DNA of 64,000 nt. It comes from an uncultured Armatimonadetes bacterium (GTDB lineage Bacteria > Armatimonadota > Fimbriimonadia > Fimbriimonadales > Fimbriimonadaceae). Every line of letters begins with the position of its first letter. Positions within the stretch are counted from its first letter, which is position 1. Under the pieces are notes generated by a model, which worked only from the letters and a program-made list of their open reading frames with translations, did not search any database and was not told where the DNA came from. Of the stretch, positions 27,344-35,765 are shown piece after piece. The DNA lies in assembly GCA_903904815.1 (NCBI GenBank), contig CAIVDU010000031.1:132266-196265 (forward strand), given 5' to 3'. The position numbers and the translations under genes are program-made.

Positions 27344-27429
27344 GGTTCCTTCTTGACCACAGATCGGTGGTCTACACCCTTCATTGAACACTTTACGAGA
27401 ACCACTTCTACTGAGAAGGTTCACAGCAG

Positions 27430-28083
27430 GTGGTTACCAGCAAATTCAGAGAAGGTCCTCAAATGGTGTCCAGACTAGCCACAATAGAGGCAGATCTGGA
27501 TTTTCTTGTTCATCCTGAAGACCCTTTGCGCTTTGAGCTATCGCTGAACGCGCGTGAGATCTCGCTCCTTTTGCTCATGAGTTCACTAAAATTGTCCCCC
27601 TCCGAGGCTCGCGAAGCCTTCGACCAACTCGTATCCGGGTTGGCGCGCCAGCACACCCGGACGAAGTTCCGTAACTACTTCGCCAAAGGTGAGATCGTGC
27701 TGGATGCAAAGATCTTCGCCCGGGGCACCGTTCTTCCCGAGCGAAACAAGCCGGTCGCGAATATGCTTCAAGAGCAGCCAGACTCGATCCGCGCGACGTT
27801 GTTTACCGGGGCCGATGCAGCATTCAGCGCGGTCTCGCGAACCGAGCCTTCTTCGATCACGCTGCAGGAACTCCTATGTGAAGAACAGATCGAGCAGGCT
27901 CTCATCATTCGAGGCCGACGAGCCGAACTGTTCGCTTACTACGATCCCACCGCCGACATGCTTTATCTTCATCGAGTGGCAGTCGTAGATGCGGAAGAGA
28001 AGCCGAAGCCAGCGACCGCCCCAAAGAAGGTGTCGCGTAAATACCGCGCCAGTCCAAAGCGCCCCTCGACCAATCGACGATAG
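27430..28083 (+). CDS. Hypothetical protein with basic Lys/Pro-rich tail
   Basis: The ORF is 217 aa from GTG at 27430, or 206 aa from ATG at 27463. No family was recognised. The C-terminus is EEKPKPATAPKKVSRKYRASPKRPSTNRR. Confidence 0.5.
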   Translation: MVTSKFREGPQMVSRLATIEADLDFLVHPEDPLRFELSLNAREISLLLLMSSLKLSPSEAREAFDQLVSGLARQHTRTKFRNYFAKGEIVLDAKIFARGTVLPERNKPVANMLQEQPDSIRATLFTGADAAFSAVSRTEPSSITLQELLCEEQIEQALIIRGRRAELFAYYDPTADMLYLHRVAVVDAEEKPKPATAPKKVSRKYRASPKRPSTNRR

Positions 28084-28113
28084 GGCGAACCACCCGCGAG
28101 TAAACTCCCCCAC

Positions 28114-29151
28114 GTGAATCCCGCCGTTCCGCGATCAAACAACTCGGCGGCGACTCTCCTCGTGATCGCCGTGCTGTTGTTGGTGGCGTTCCTGTGTCAT
28201 CTCGGGATCGGCAGTTCAGCCTGGATCTCCCCCATAACGGTAGCCCGCGAACTCTTTCGTGGCCCGGCAGAAGTAGAGACTCCGGGCAATGTTCACTTCA
28301 TCGTATGGTCCCTCCGATTGCCACGTGGACTAACCTGTGTTTTCGTAGGAGGGACCCTTGGTCTCGTCGGGTCGGCTTTCCAGGCGCAACTTCGCAACCC
28401 GCTTTCTGATCCTTACGTAATTGGAGTGCCGTCGGGCGCGGCGGTTGGGGGAGCGCTCGCTCTCTTGATGGGTTGGGGGGCTGAGACGGGGTTTGGCAAG
28501 CCCATTTGCGGATTCATCGGCGGCATGATCGCGCTGCTGATGGTGTTGAGCCTTGCTCGTCGGAAAGGAGCGATTGCCAAAGAGTCGCTCATCCTATCTG
28601 GCGTGGTCGTCGGCTCATTTCTGTCTTCGGTGCTTATGATGGTCCTGCTGGCGGCTGGGCAGGATACAAACCAGATCCTCAGATGGCTTTTGGGTGACGT
28701 CCAAAACGTCCCTTGGCCCAATGTCTGGCTCGTGGGAATCTCGTTAGCACTCGGCTCGTTGGTGATGTTCACTCAGGCTCGGAGGCTGAATGCATTGGCC
28801 TTTGGCGAAGCGACGGCTCGCCATTTAGGCGTCGACGTCAATCGACTCGTCGCTATCGTGCTCGGGACGGGCACGGCAATGACGGCGGTGACGGTAGGTG
28901 TGGTCGGCGTCATCGGATTTCTTGGCCTTGTATCTCCCCACATCGCTCGTAGGGTGGTCGGCGTCGATTGGCGCTGGTCACTCCCTGGTTCAATGCTGGT
29001 CGGGGGGCTGTTGCTCATCTGCGCTGATATCATCTCCCAGCGAGGACTGTCGACCCTTTTCCACCAGCCGGGGCTAGAGCCCCCCGTCGGTATCGTGACG
29101 GCTTTCGTCGGTGCGCCGGTGCTCCTGTACCTCCTGAAGCACAAGGGCTGA
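28114..29151 (+). CDS. FecCD/BtuC-family ABC permease (iron-siderophore/cobalamin type)
   Basis: The 345-aa product has about 9-10 TM helices. GVIGFLGLVSPHIARRVVG matches the conserved FecCD motif (G.IgFvGLv.PHi.R), and the C-terminus GAPVLLYLL is typical. Confidence 0.85.
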   Translation: MNPAVPRSNNSAATLLVIAVLLLVAFLCHLGIGSSAWISPITVARELFRGPAEVETPGNVHFIVWSLRLPRGLTCVFVGGTLGLVGSAFQAQLRNPLSDPYVIGVPSGAAVGGALALLMGWGAETGFGKPICGFIGGMIALLMVLSLARRKGAIAKESLILSGVVVGSFLSSVLMMVLLAAGQDTNQILRWLLGDVQNVPWPNVWLVGISLALGSLVMFTQARRLNALAFGEATARHLGVDVNRLVAIVLGTGTAMTAVTVGVVGVIGFLGLVSPHIARRVVGVDWRWSLPGSMLVGGLLLICADIISQRGLSTLFHQPGLEPPVGIVTAFVGAPVLLYLLKHKG

Positions 29152-29193
29152 ATTGCGTTCAGCGAATAAACTATAGGTGGTACCTAGACCGCC

Positions 29194-29529
29194 ATGGAAT
29201 ACTTTCGAGCCTTTTGGAACCGCGATTCGGGTGATTCTTTCGAGACGATCTTCCACGAAATCGATGACGACCGGCGAGAGTGGCGGCGGGTGAGAATGGC
29301 TGGAGATGGTGGCGTCTATTTCGCCGACTATGCGGGAGGAACCGGAAACGAAGTCTTGTCTCTGATCGAATTTCCGTCGCTCGCCCAGATTCGGCGTATT
29401 CCCGGCGTCCACGCCGAACCCATTTCTGAGGAAGCGTTTGAGGAAGTGTGGCAGCTAGCGGCACTGACCGGTGAAAAGCTTGACCCCATCTTTGAGTCTT
29501 TGCCCGAAAGCACTCGAGGAAAGAGTTGA
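29194..29529 (+). CDS. Hypothetical small acidic cytoplasmic protein
   Basis: The 111-aa ORF has no signal peptide and no recognised family (FWNRDSGDSFETIFHEIDDDRREWRRV...ISEEAFEEVW). Confidence 0.5.
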   Translation: MEYFRAFWNRDSGDSFETIFHEIDDDRREWRRVRMAGDGGVYFADYAGGTGNEVLSLIEFPSLAQIRRIPGVHAEPISEEAFEEVWQLAALTGEKLDPIFESLPESTRGKS

Positions 29530-29533
29530 GGGG

Positions 29534-30217
29534 TCAACGCCAAGGGCTGCGTCGGGGCGGGGTCCGGCGGCGCTGCTTGACTTTCGCGTTCGTGATCTCC
29601 AAGAACATCTTGCCGCGGGCTTGAACACCCTTCACGAAGCCCATTTTTGACTCCTTGAAGGTATTGCTTACCCCTCGGAGGATGACCCGAAGGATTCTTG
29701 CCTTGCGACGTTTTGCGGCGTCGTTAATCGCGACCTCGACCCCCATTCGCACGTCGGCGATGAAGGGAATTCCCTCGAAGAGTTCCCGCTTCATCGCTCG
29801 CTGGCCACTCAGGTAAGGAGTGATCCACTGGGCGCCATCGCTGAGGACACGGCCGCCCCGGAAGATCCCGACGCTCATGTCGCACTCGTTCTGAAGCGTT
29901 GGCCGAATGATGTCGTCGATGTGCTGCGACTGGAGACCTTCCAAGTCGGCATCGATAAACACGATGATCGGGGCCGCGGTTGCCTTGACGCCTGCCGCCA
30001 TCGCCCCGCCCTTGCCCATGTTTTGAGCGAGGCGAACAACCCTTACTCCCAGGTTCTCGGCAACCTCGGCGGTGCGATCCTTGCTACCATCGCTGACCAC
30101 GATAATTTCTTGAGCCAGCTTCGAGCCCTTGGCGGCTTGAATCACTCGGCCTATCCGGCCCTCCTCATTGAGGGCAGGGATGATGATGGCCACTTTTGGT
30201 GCGCGAGTCTCACCCAT
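29534..30217 (-). CDS. Glycosyltransferase family 2
   Basis: VAIIIPALNEEGRIGRVI, IIVVSDGSKDRTAEVA and FIDADL form a GT-A fold with a DxD motif. The 227-aa product has no C-terminal TM segment. The start lies 2 nt downstream of the preceding gene's stop. Confidence 0.85.
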   Translation of the reverse strand: MGETRAPKVAIIIPALNEEGRIGRVIQAAKGSKLAQEIIVVSDGSKDRTAEVAENLGVRVVRLAQNMGKGGAMAAGVKATAAPIIVFIDADLEGLQSQHIDDIIRPTLQNECDMSVGIFRGGRVLSDGAQWITPYLSGQRAMKRELFEGIPFIADVRMGVEVAINDAAKRRKARILRVILRGVSNTFKESKMGFVKGVQARGKMFLEITNAKVKQRRRTPPRRSPWR

Positions 30218-30219
30218 GG

Positions 30220-31293
30220 TTAGACAAGACCGCGCCCTTCAAGTCGTGCACGAATCCGGCATTCGACCTTAAATCCCATTGCATTCCATTTTGAACCGAG
30301 CCTGCCCAGCGCGCCCTCGCCTGGAGATATCGTGCGAAAATTCTTGTGCTCCCGTTGTGGTTTCCAGCGGCGTTTGTACCCTTCGTCGCCGCGAAGGAAA
30401 TCGAACTTTTGCATTCCCTCGTCGATCGATCGACGAATCGTGCTTGCCACCAAAAGCGTTCCCGGCGACACCGCCCCCTGATCGGGATCGAAGCCTGCCT
30501 GATAATAGTAAGTCGTAGAACCAAGATTCATGGCATAAATCGCGCCAATCGGGCAATCTTGAAGTCTTAAAATGCTGAGCCAGAGCCATCCCTGCTTCTG
30601 AGCCAACTCGGCCCACTCTCGATGAAACCGCATCGAACTCGCCATGAAGGCGCCTGGGAGGTGACGCTTTTTCCATCTCGCCTTGTGCAGTTCGAACAGG
30701 TAGTCGAATCCCGTTTGAGTTTCGCCGGGCAAAACCGGTTCGATGCACGCCTTCCCATCTTTGAACAGCGTTTTGTCCAGCCGCTTTACGTCGTATCGGA
30801 GGCTCTTTCCAAGAGTAGCCAAATAGGCGTCATAGGTGTTCGGGAGGTCGAGGACCAGACAGGTGGCCTGTTCTACACGAACACCTCCGAGGCTTGGACC
30901 GACGCACGCCCAGTCGTCCCGTATCTGATGCAGATCGATGAGATCGACGTCCTTCAGTTCGCGCAGGTGCTCGGTAACCGCCCGGTTGACCGCAGCCTCG
31001 TAACCAGTCCTCGTCAAGGGGTGTAGGTAGTCCGAGGGGCCCATTCCCATCGGCCGCAGGGTGCGCCAAGCGCCACGGCTACGGACTGTGGGATACAGTC
31101 CGACGAGATCGTCTCCTTCATAGATCGCAATGGCTCGGGGCTCTTTTAGCGTCCCGAAGTGGCGCCACCAGGTGGACATCCACTCGTATGTCTGAAATGG
31201 GGTTGCCGTGGCAGAACAGCCGACAAGCTCTTTCCAGTCAGTCTCTAGCTCGGAGAAGAGACTCTCTCCTCGAAGCACCCTCGTCCTGAGCAC
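30220..31293 (-). CDS. GNAT-superfamily acyltransferase, FemAB/CelD (BioF2-like) type
   Basis: The 357-aa product has a C-terminal half (IGAIYAMNLGSTTYYYQAGFDPDQGAVSPGTLLVASTIRRSIDEGMQKFDFLRGDEGYKRRW) typical of the Acetyltransf_6/CelD-like family. Confidence 0.65.
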   Translation of the reverse strand: MLRTRVLRGESLFSELETDWKELVGCSATATPFQTYEWMSTWWRHFGTLKEPRAIAIYEGDDLVGLYPTVRSRGAWRTLRPMGMGPSDYLHPLTRTGYEAAVNRAVTEHLRELKDVDLIDLHQIRDDWACVGPSLGGVRVEQATCLVLDLPNTYDAYLATLGKSLRYDVKRLDKTLFKDGKACIEPVLPGETQTGFDYLFELHKARWKKRHLPGAFMASSMRFHREWAELAQKQGWLWLSILRLQDCPIGAIYAMNLGSTTYYYQAGFDPDQGAVSPGTLLVASTIRRSIDEGMQKFDFLRGDEGYKRRWKPQREHKNFRTISPGEGALGRLGSKWNAMGFKVECRIRARLEGRGLV

Positions 31294-31363
31294 CTAAAGA
31301 GTATAGACGGGTTCGAACGAGGGGGTAGGTCTCAGTTTGTTAGGCTTAGGCTCAACCGCCTTT

Positions 31364-32503
31364 CTAAACTGCGGCTTTAGCGAAATCTAGAACGCTTTCC
31401 GCGACATATTCCGCCTGAGCGACCGTCAAGTGCGGATGGATCGGCAGGTTGACGATTTCTCGGCAGGCACGCTCAGTTTCTATCAACGACCCATGGCCGT
31501 TGCCAAACCGCTCGTACGGGCTGTGGAAGTGCAAGGGTACGGGGTAGTAGATCATCGAATCCACGCCCTTCTCCTTGAGATGAGCCATTAGGTCCGCTCG
31601 TCGATCGGAGCGAATCGCGAACTGGTGCCAGGTGTTGTTATTTCCAGGTTGGGTTACAGGAACCTGGATTCCTGAGCCATTGAGCGCGTTCAAATAGACG
31701 TCAGCGATCCTACCTCGGCGGTCGTTCCAGTCGGCGAGGTGCGCCAACTTGACTCGAAGAAAAGCGGCCTGGACCTCATCCATTCTGGACGTGTATCCGA
31801 GGTGATCGTAGTAGTAGCGCTCTCGACCCATGCCGTGGATTCGCATCGACAGGCATTTCTCGGCGACATTGTCGTCGTTCGTGAGGATCAGTCCCGCGTC
31901 GCCAGCCGCTCCGAGGTTCTTGGTGACGTAAAAGCTTAAGGATGCCGCCGAGCCAAAATTGCCAGTTGGGACTCCGTTATGAGTGCAACCAACTGCTTGC
32001 GCGGAGTCTTCCAGGACGATCAGTCCATGTTTTCGGGCAATCTCGGTGATCCGCTCGACATTCGCCATCTGGCCAAAAAGGTGGATGGGCAGAATCGCTT
32101 TCGTGCGTGGGGTGATCGCAGCTTCAATCTGTTCGGCGTCGATGTTGTAGGTAACCGGGTCGATATCGACGAACACTGGGCGGGCGCCCGTCTGGACGAT
32201 GGTTTCTGTGCTAGCCACAAAGGTGAAGGCCGTCGTAATAACCTCGTCCCCTGGTCCTATCCCGGTGGCGTCCATCATGATTCGGAGCGCGTCCGTGCCA
32301 GAGTGGACCGAGATGCCGTGCTTCACTTTGTGGAGGTCGGCGAGTTCGCGCTCAATGAGGCCGCACTGTTTTCCGCCCGAAATCGTGTAGACGCCGCTCG
32401 AAATCACGTTGTGAACGGCTGCGTCGATCGGAGTCTGCAACTCGTCGTACTGGGCTTTAATGTCGTAGAAAGGGACTCTCATCTCATGTACCGCGTTTAA
32501 CAT
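31364..32503 (-). CDS. DegT/DnrJ/EryC1/StrS-family PLP-dependent sugar aminotransferase
   Basis: FYDIKAQYDELQTPIDAAV, HSGTDALRIM, the region SFYVTKNLGAAGDAGLI containing the PLP-lysine, and the C-terminal LPIHPHLT support the call. Confidence 0.9.
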   Translation of the reverse strand: MLNAVHEMRVPFYDIKAQYDELQTPIDAAVHNVISSGVYTISGGKQCGLIERELADLHKVKHGISVHSGTDALRIMMDATGIGPGDEVITTAFTFVASTETIVQTGARPVFVDIDPVTYNIDAEQIEAAITPRTKAILPIHLFGQMANVERITEIARKHGLIVLEDSAQAVGCTHNGVPTGNFGSAASLSFYVTKNLGAAGDAGLILTNDDNVAEKCLSMRIHGMGRERYYYDHLGYTSRMDEVQAAFLRVKLAHLADWNDRRGRIADVYLNALNGSGIQVPVTQPGNNNTWHQFAIRSDRRADLMAHLKEKGVDSMIYYPVPLHFHSPYERFGNGHGSLIETERACREIVNLPIHPHLTVAQAEYVAESVLDFAKAAV

Positions 32504-32567
32504 TTATTGTGGCGTATCGGGTTTCTTGGATGCCCCGACCTGAGTCTAAACGGTAACTTGGAACGCA

Positions 32568-33191
32568 ATGCGTCTTCCATTTCCCGTCGTCCTTGCCAGC
32601 GGCTCACCTAGGCGGTACGAGCTCCTCTCGAAAATCGTCTCAGATTTCGAGGTCGAGGTCTCCGATGTCGACGAGGAGTCGCTCACGGTGGAGGATCCGT
32701 GGGAGACCGCCCAGGGTCTGGCGGAAGCAAAGGCGCTGGCAGTCGCGGATGCACGGGCACTCCGTCAGGCGCCTGCCGCGATTGTCATTGGAGGCGACAC
32801 GGTGGTGGCCCTGCCTGGGCCGGTTATGTCGATTCAACTCGCAAAACCGATGGATGAGGACGATGCTATTCGGATGCTCAAATTCCTATCTGGACGTCGC
32901 CATGCGGTGATCACCGGGCTCGCAGTCGTCTCGCCCTATGGCGTAATCACCTCAGTCGACACCTCGTGGGTGACTTTCAGGGAACTCAGCGAACTCGAAA
33001 TCAGGGCCTACGTGGCGAGCGGGGAGCCGATGGACAAAGCGGGAAGTTACGCGATTCAAGGCGGCGCCCAGCGATTCTTGGAGAAACTTGAGGGGGATAT
33101 TGAGACGGTCGTTGGTCTCTCGACGAGCATGCTCCAGACGATGCTCAATCAGGTTATCGAGACTCTCCCTCCCAATCACCTTAACGAATAA
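32568..33191 (+). CDS. maf: Maf-family nucleoside triphosphate pyrophosphatase
   Basis: VVLASGSPRRYELL, VIGGDTVV and KAGSYAIQG are Maf signatures. Confidence 0.9.
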   Translation: MRLPFPVVLASGSPRRYELLSKIVSDFEVEVSDVDEESLTVEDPWETAQGLAEAKALAVADARALRQAPAAIVIGGDTVVALPGPVMSIQLAKPMDEDDAIRMLKFLSGRRHAVITGLAVVSPYGVITSVDTSWVTFRELSELEIRAYVASGEPMDKAGSYAIQGGAQRFLEKLEGDIETVVGLSTSMLQTMLNQVIETLPPNHLNE

Positions 33192-33223
33192 GGCCCCCGT
33201 CCAGATCACTGGACGAGGGCCTT
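33190..33223. terminator. Shared hairpin between convergent maf and the Met-rich gene (candidate bidirectional terminator)
   Basis: A 12-bp stem (ggcccccgtcca / tggacgagggcc, one mismatch) closes a 6-nt loop and is flanked by aa and tt. Confidence 0.55.
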
Positions 33224-33242
33224 AAAGCACAAAAGAAGAGCC

Positions 33243-33554
33243 TTAGCCCTTCTTCTTCATGTCGTCCATCTTCTTCATGCCGTCGTGCTTCATCATCATG
33301 CCGTCATGCTTCATCATCGCGCCCTTCTTCTCCATCATGGCGCCCTTCTTCATCATCATCGCGCCCTTTTTCATCATCATGTGCTTCTTCATCATCATGT
33401 GCTTGTGGGACATCGCGTGCTTCGACATCATGCCGTCGTGCTTCATCATCATTGAGCCCTTCTTGTCCATGCCGTCCATCTTCTTGTCCTGGGCGATGGC
33501 AAGGCTTGAGAGGGCGCAAACGCCGACTACGATTAGGGATAGAATTTTTTTCAT
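33243..33554 (-). CDS. Secreted Met/Lys/His-rich low-complexity protein (MxKDx-repeat-like)
   Basis: The signal peptide is MKKILSLIVVGVCALSSLAIA. It is followed by 82 residues containing, by hand count, 27 Met, 22 Lys and 7 His in repeats such as MMKHDG and MMMKKGA. Confidence 0.7.
   Translation of the reverse strand: MKKILSLIVVGVCALSSLAIAQDKKMDGMDKKGSMMMKHDGMMSKHAMSHKHMMMKKHMMMKKGAMMMKKGAMMEKKGAMMKHDGMMMKHDGMKKMDDMKKKG
33246..33491 (-). repeat. Degenerate in-frame tandem repeats encoding the Met-rich mature region
   Basis: Nucleotide units such as catcatcat, cttcttcat and gcgcccttcttc recur throughout the region. Repeats at the protein level are KHDGMMM (twice) and MMMKKGA-type units (three times). 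Confidence 0.6.
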
Positions 33555-33883
33555 GACTTACTTTTCCTTTGATTGAAAGGCGAGCAATAGCTCTACTCTT
33601 TTGTTAATGCGGAGAATACCTCACAAGTCCTAATGTCTCGAATTTCGGTTTCTCCGCCCACTCTCTTGGAAATGCGCCTAGAAAGCGATTAGTTCCTAGA
33701 AAATCTTGAATGGGTCCATGAGACTGCGGTGCCGCTAACTGAATCTCTGCGTTTTACGCATCAGTTTCTGCAGCGGGCCATTTGAGCCGAGATTTGTGGA
33801 TTGGAAAGTCTCCTTGCCCCACCAAATCTACGCCCGCGTTACTCTTCTGAACCCTTCGGCCACTTCAATCGTATGGATAGCAA

Positions 33884-34960
33884 ATGCTGTTAGCGGTCGC
33901 GGTCCTTACGCAATCATTCCAGGCGCCCATCCCTGGCGTGATCCGGAAGTATCCTCCGGCCGAGTCCATCCGAATGGGGCCGACAGAGAAGTGGCAACTC
34001 ACTCGCGTACATGCGCCGACTCCGCATAGCGGGGACACCGTGTACCCCATCACGGTAACGGTTCGAGGCAAACCGGTCAAGTTCCGTCCAATCTCCGGCT
34101 ACATCGATATCGATGGGGCAGAACCGTACCCTGATGGCTCCGTCGTGCTTCACAGAGCAAATGCAAGGGATCAAATCGTCTGGACCTTTCGAGACTCGAT
34201 CTGGTACGCGAGTAGAGAGAAGCCCGTCTCAGGTTCCATCGATGTATATCGTGATCGGTTGAACTATGCGGGCTCGGTGGTTGCCGATGCCAATGGAGTC
34301 ACTCAGCCAAAGCAACCCCCTGAGGCCTACGTGACGAGGAACGGAGTCTCTCAAGACCTCGGGCCCGGCGAGGTGAAATACTGGGGGCGGGACGATGTTT
34401 TTGTGTTGCAAGTCCAGTTCGATAGCGCACTCAGGCCTGCCGGATTTGAGACGCGAGTGGGAGAGCTTTCGCGCATTTGCTGGAAGCGTGGCCAACAGGC
34501 CTTTCCTGGCTATCGGTTCCTTGGGCGCGCTCAAAACGGCTCGGTCTGGTTGGCTGGCGATCAGGACTCGGGCGGGTTTAGGGATCGCCCTGACTTAACC
34601 TCGCTCATTGAGTGGCGCGACGGAAAGATCCAACATCGATGGAATCTGCCGCGCCGGTGGTTCCCCGTGGGGCTGTCGCCGGCAGGGTGGGTCTTGGCAC
34701 GGCACTCGCCCGGAACGGCCCTAACCCTTGATTCCACTGCGCCCACCGGACAATCTCTGAGCGTAGACGAAGAACGGAATTGGACCGTCGGGATCTTCCG
34801 AGAAGGTGTTTTATCCGGCATCACGTTTAAACGGCCCGATGGAACTCAGCGACTCCTTTGGAGGAGCGGGTTCGAACAGTTTGGTCCGAACGCTTTTCGC
34901 TTTACCGCGTTTTATGGGGACGACCTCCGACAATTCCGGGCAACCCCCGTAAGAAAGTAA
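33884..34960 (+). CDS. Hypothetical protein (358 aa)
   Basis: This long ORF has genome-typical composition. An in-frame TAG at 33878-33880 fixes the start. The N-terminus MLLAVAVLTQSFQA is short and hydrophobic. No family was recognised. Confidence 0.55.
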   Translation: MLLAVAVLTQSFQAPIPGVIRKYPPAESIRMGPTEKWQLTRVHAPTPHSGDTVYPITVTVRGKPVKFRPISGYIDIDGAEPYPDGSVVLHRANARDQIVWTFRDSIWYASREKPVSGSIDVYRDRLNYAGSVVADANGVTQPKQPPEAYVTRNGVSQDLGPGEVKYWGRDDVFVLQVQFDSALRPAGFETRVGELSRICWKRGQQAFPGYRFLGRAQNGSVWLAGDQDSGGFRDRPDLTSLIEWRDGKIQHRWNLPRRWFPVGLSPAGWVLARHSPGTALTLDSTAPTGQSLSVDEERNWTVGIFREGVLSGITFKRPDGTQRLLWRSGFEQFGPNAFRFTAFYGDDLRQFRATPVRK

Positions 34961-34976
34961 GCAACTCTGTCGATGC

Positions 34977-35765
34977 TTAGACGTTCTCTCGGTGGGGTAC
35001 CGACCGGGCCGCAGCTTCCGACGCCTTGGCGGCGAGGTCGGGCCGATGAGCGTCGGTGAACATTTGGACCACGGTCAACCATGCGTTTCCAACATGGTGC
35101 GATCGGGCCAAGAGGAACGACCTCCCAGCCTCAGAATGAGGATCGACTACGGTCTGCTCTGCCTGAGGGATGGCATCTTGGAGGAGTTGGGCTAGCTCGA
35201 CGTCGTGACCCTTGCCGCGACCGGCCGGTACGACTTCTAGGAGCGTTCCGATCAGGATCGGCGCCTTAGCCGTAGGTGGCACGTTGAAGGTCGACCGCAC
35301 AAGTTTGATTGCGGTTGGGACGTCATCAAGCTTGCAGTCGACCAGCGCGAGTCGCAAAGAATCGTTGACCTTACGGTCGTCGTCCTTGGCGTTTTTAACG
35401 GCAATCTCGTAGAACACCTTTGCTTGTTTCCACCGGCGGGCCGTACGAAAAACATCGCCGTATTCCCATGCCTTAGAAACCGGCACCTTCTCGACCTTGA
35501 GGCCGTTGAGCAGCCGGTCAGCGTAGTCGGCCAGGTAATTCTGGGCCTGATCGTCGGTAATCTCGCCTTTATACACCCTTTCGTAGAGAGAGTCGGATGC
35601 GCCCTTGAGGTCGCTTTTCAGCACTTCTGGCTGAGCATTGCCGACATCGTTGGGATCGTTCGGATCGGGAATCGAGCCGTTACCACAACCGGCAGCGACT
35701 AGACACGCTGATGCGAGCATCAGCAGCCCCAATGGGAATGCGCGATGTCGACGCAGGTTCCTCAT
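34977..35765 (-). CDS. Lipoprotein, helical (TPR-like?), unknown function
   Basis: The signal peptide carries a lipobox (LMLASACLVAAG-C). The start overlaps the pyrC stop (ATGA at 35762-35765). Confidence 0.65.
   Translation of the reverse strand: MRNLRRHRAFPLGLLMLASACLVAAGCGNGSIPDPNDPNDVGNAQPEVLKSDLKGASDSLYERVYKGEITDDQAQNYLADYADRLLNGLKVEKVPVSKAWEYGDVFRTARRWKQAKVFYEIAVKNAKDDDRKVNDSLRLALVDCKLDDVPTAIKLVRSTFNVPPTAKAPILIGTLLEVVPAGRGKGHDVELAQLLQDAIPQAEQTVVDPHSEAGRSFLLARSHHVGNAWLTVVQMFTDAHRPDLAAKASEAAARSVPHRENV

Noticed and set aside
33259-33576. A 105-aa plus-strand ORF (MSSIFFMPSCFIIMPSCFII...) overlapping the Met-rich gene.
   Set aside because: It is the reverse-complement reading of ATG/AAG-rich repeats, which gives a Phe/Ile/Cys low-complexity string. 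It has no signal or RBS context. The minus-strand frame has a proper signal peptide.
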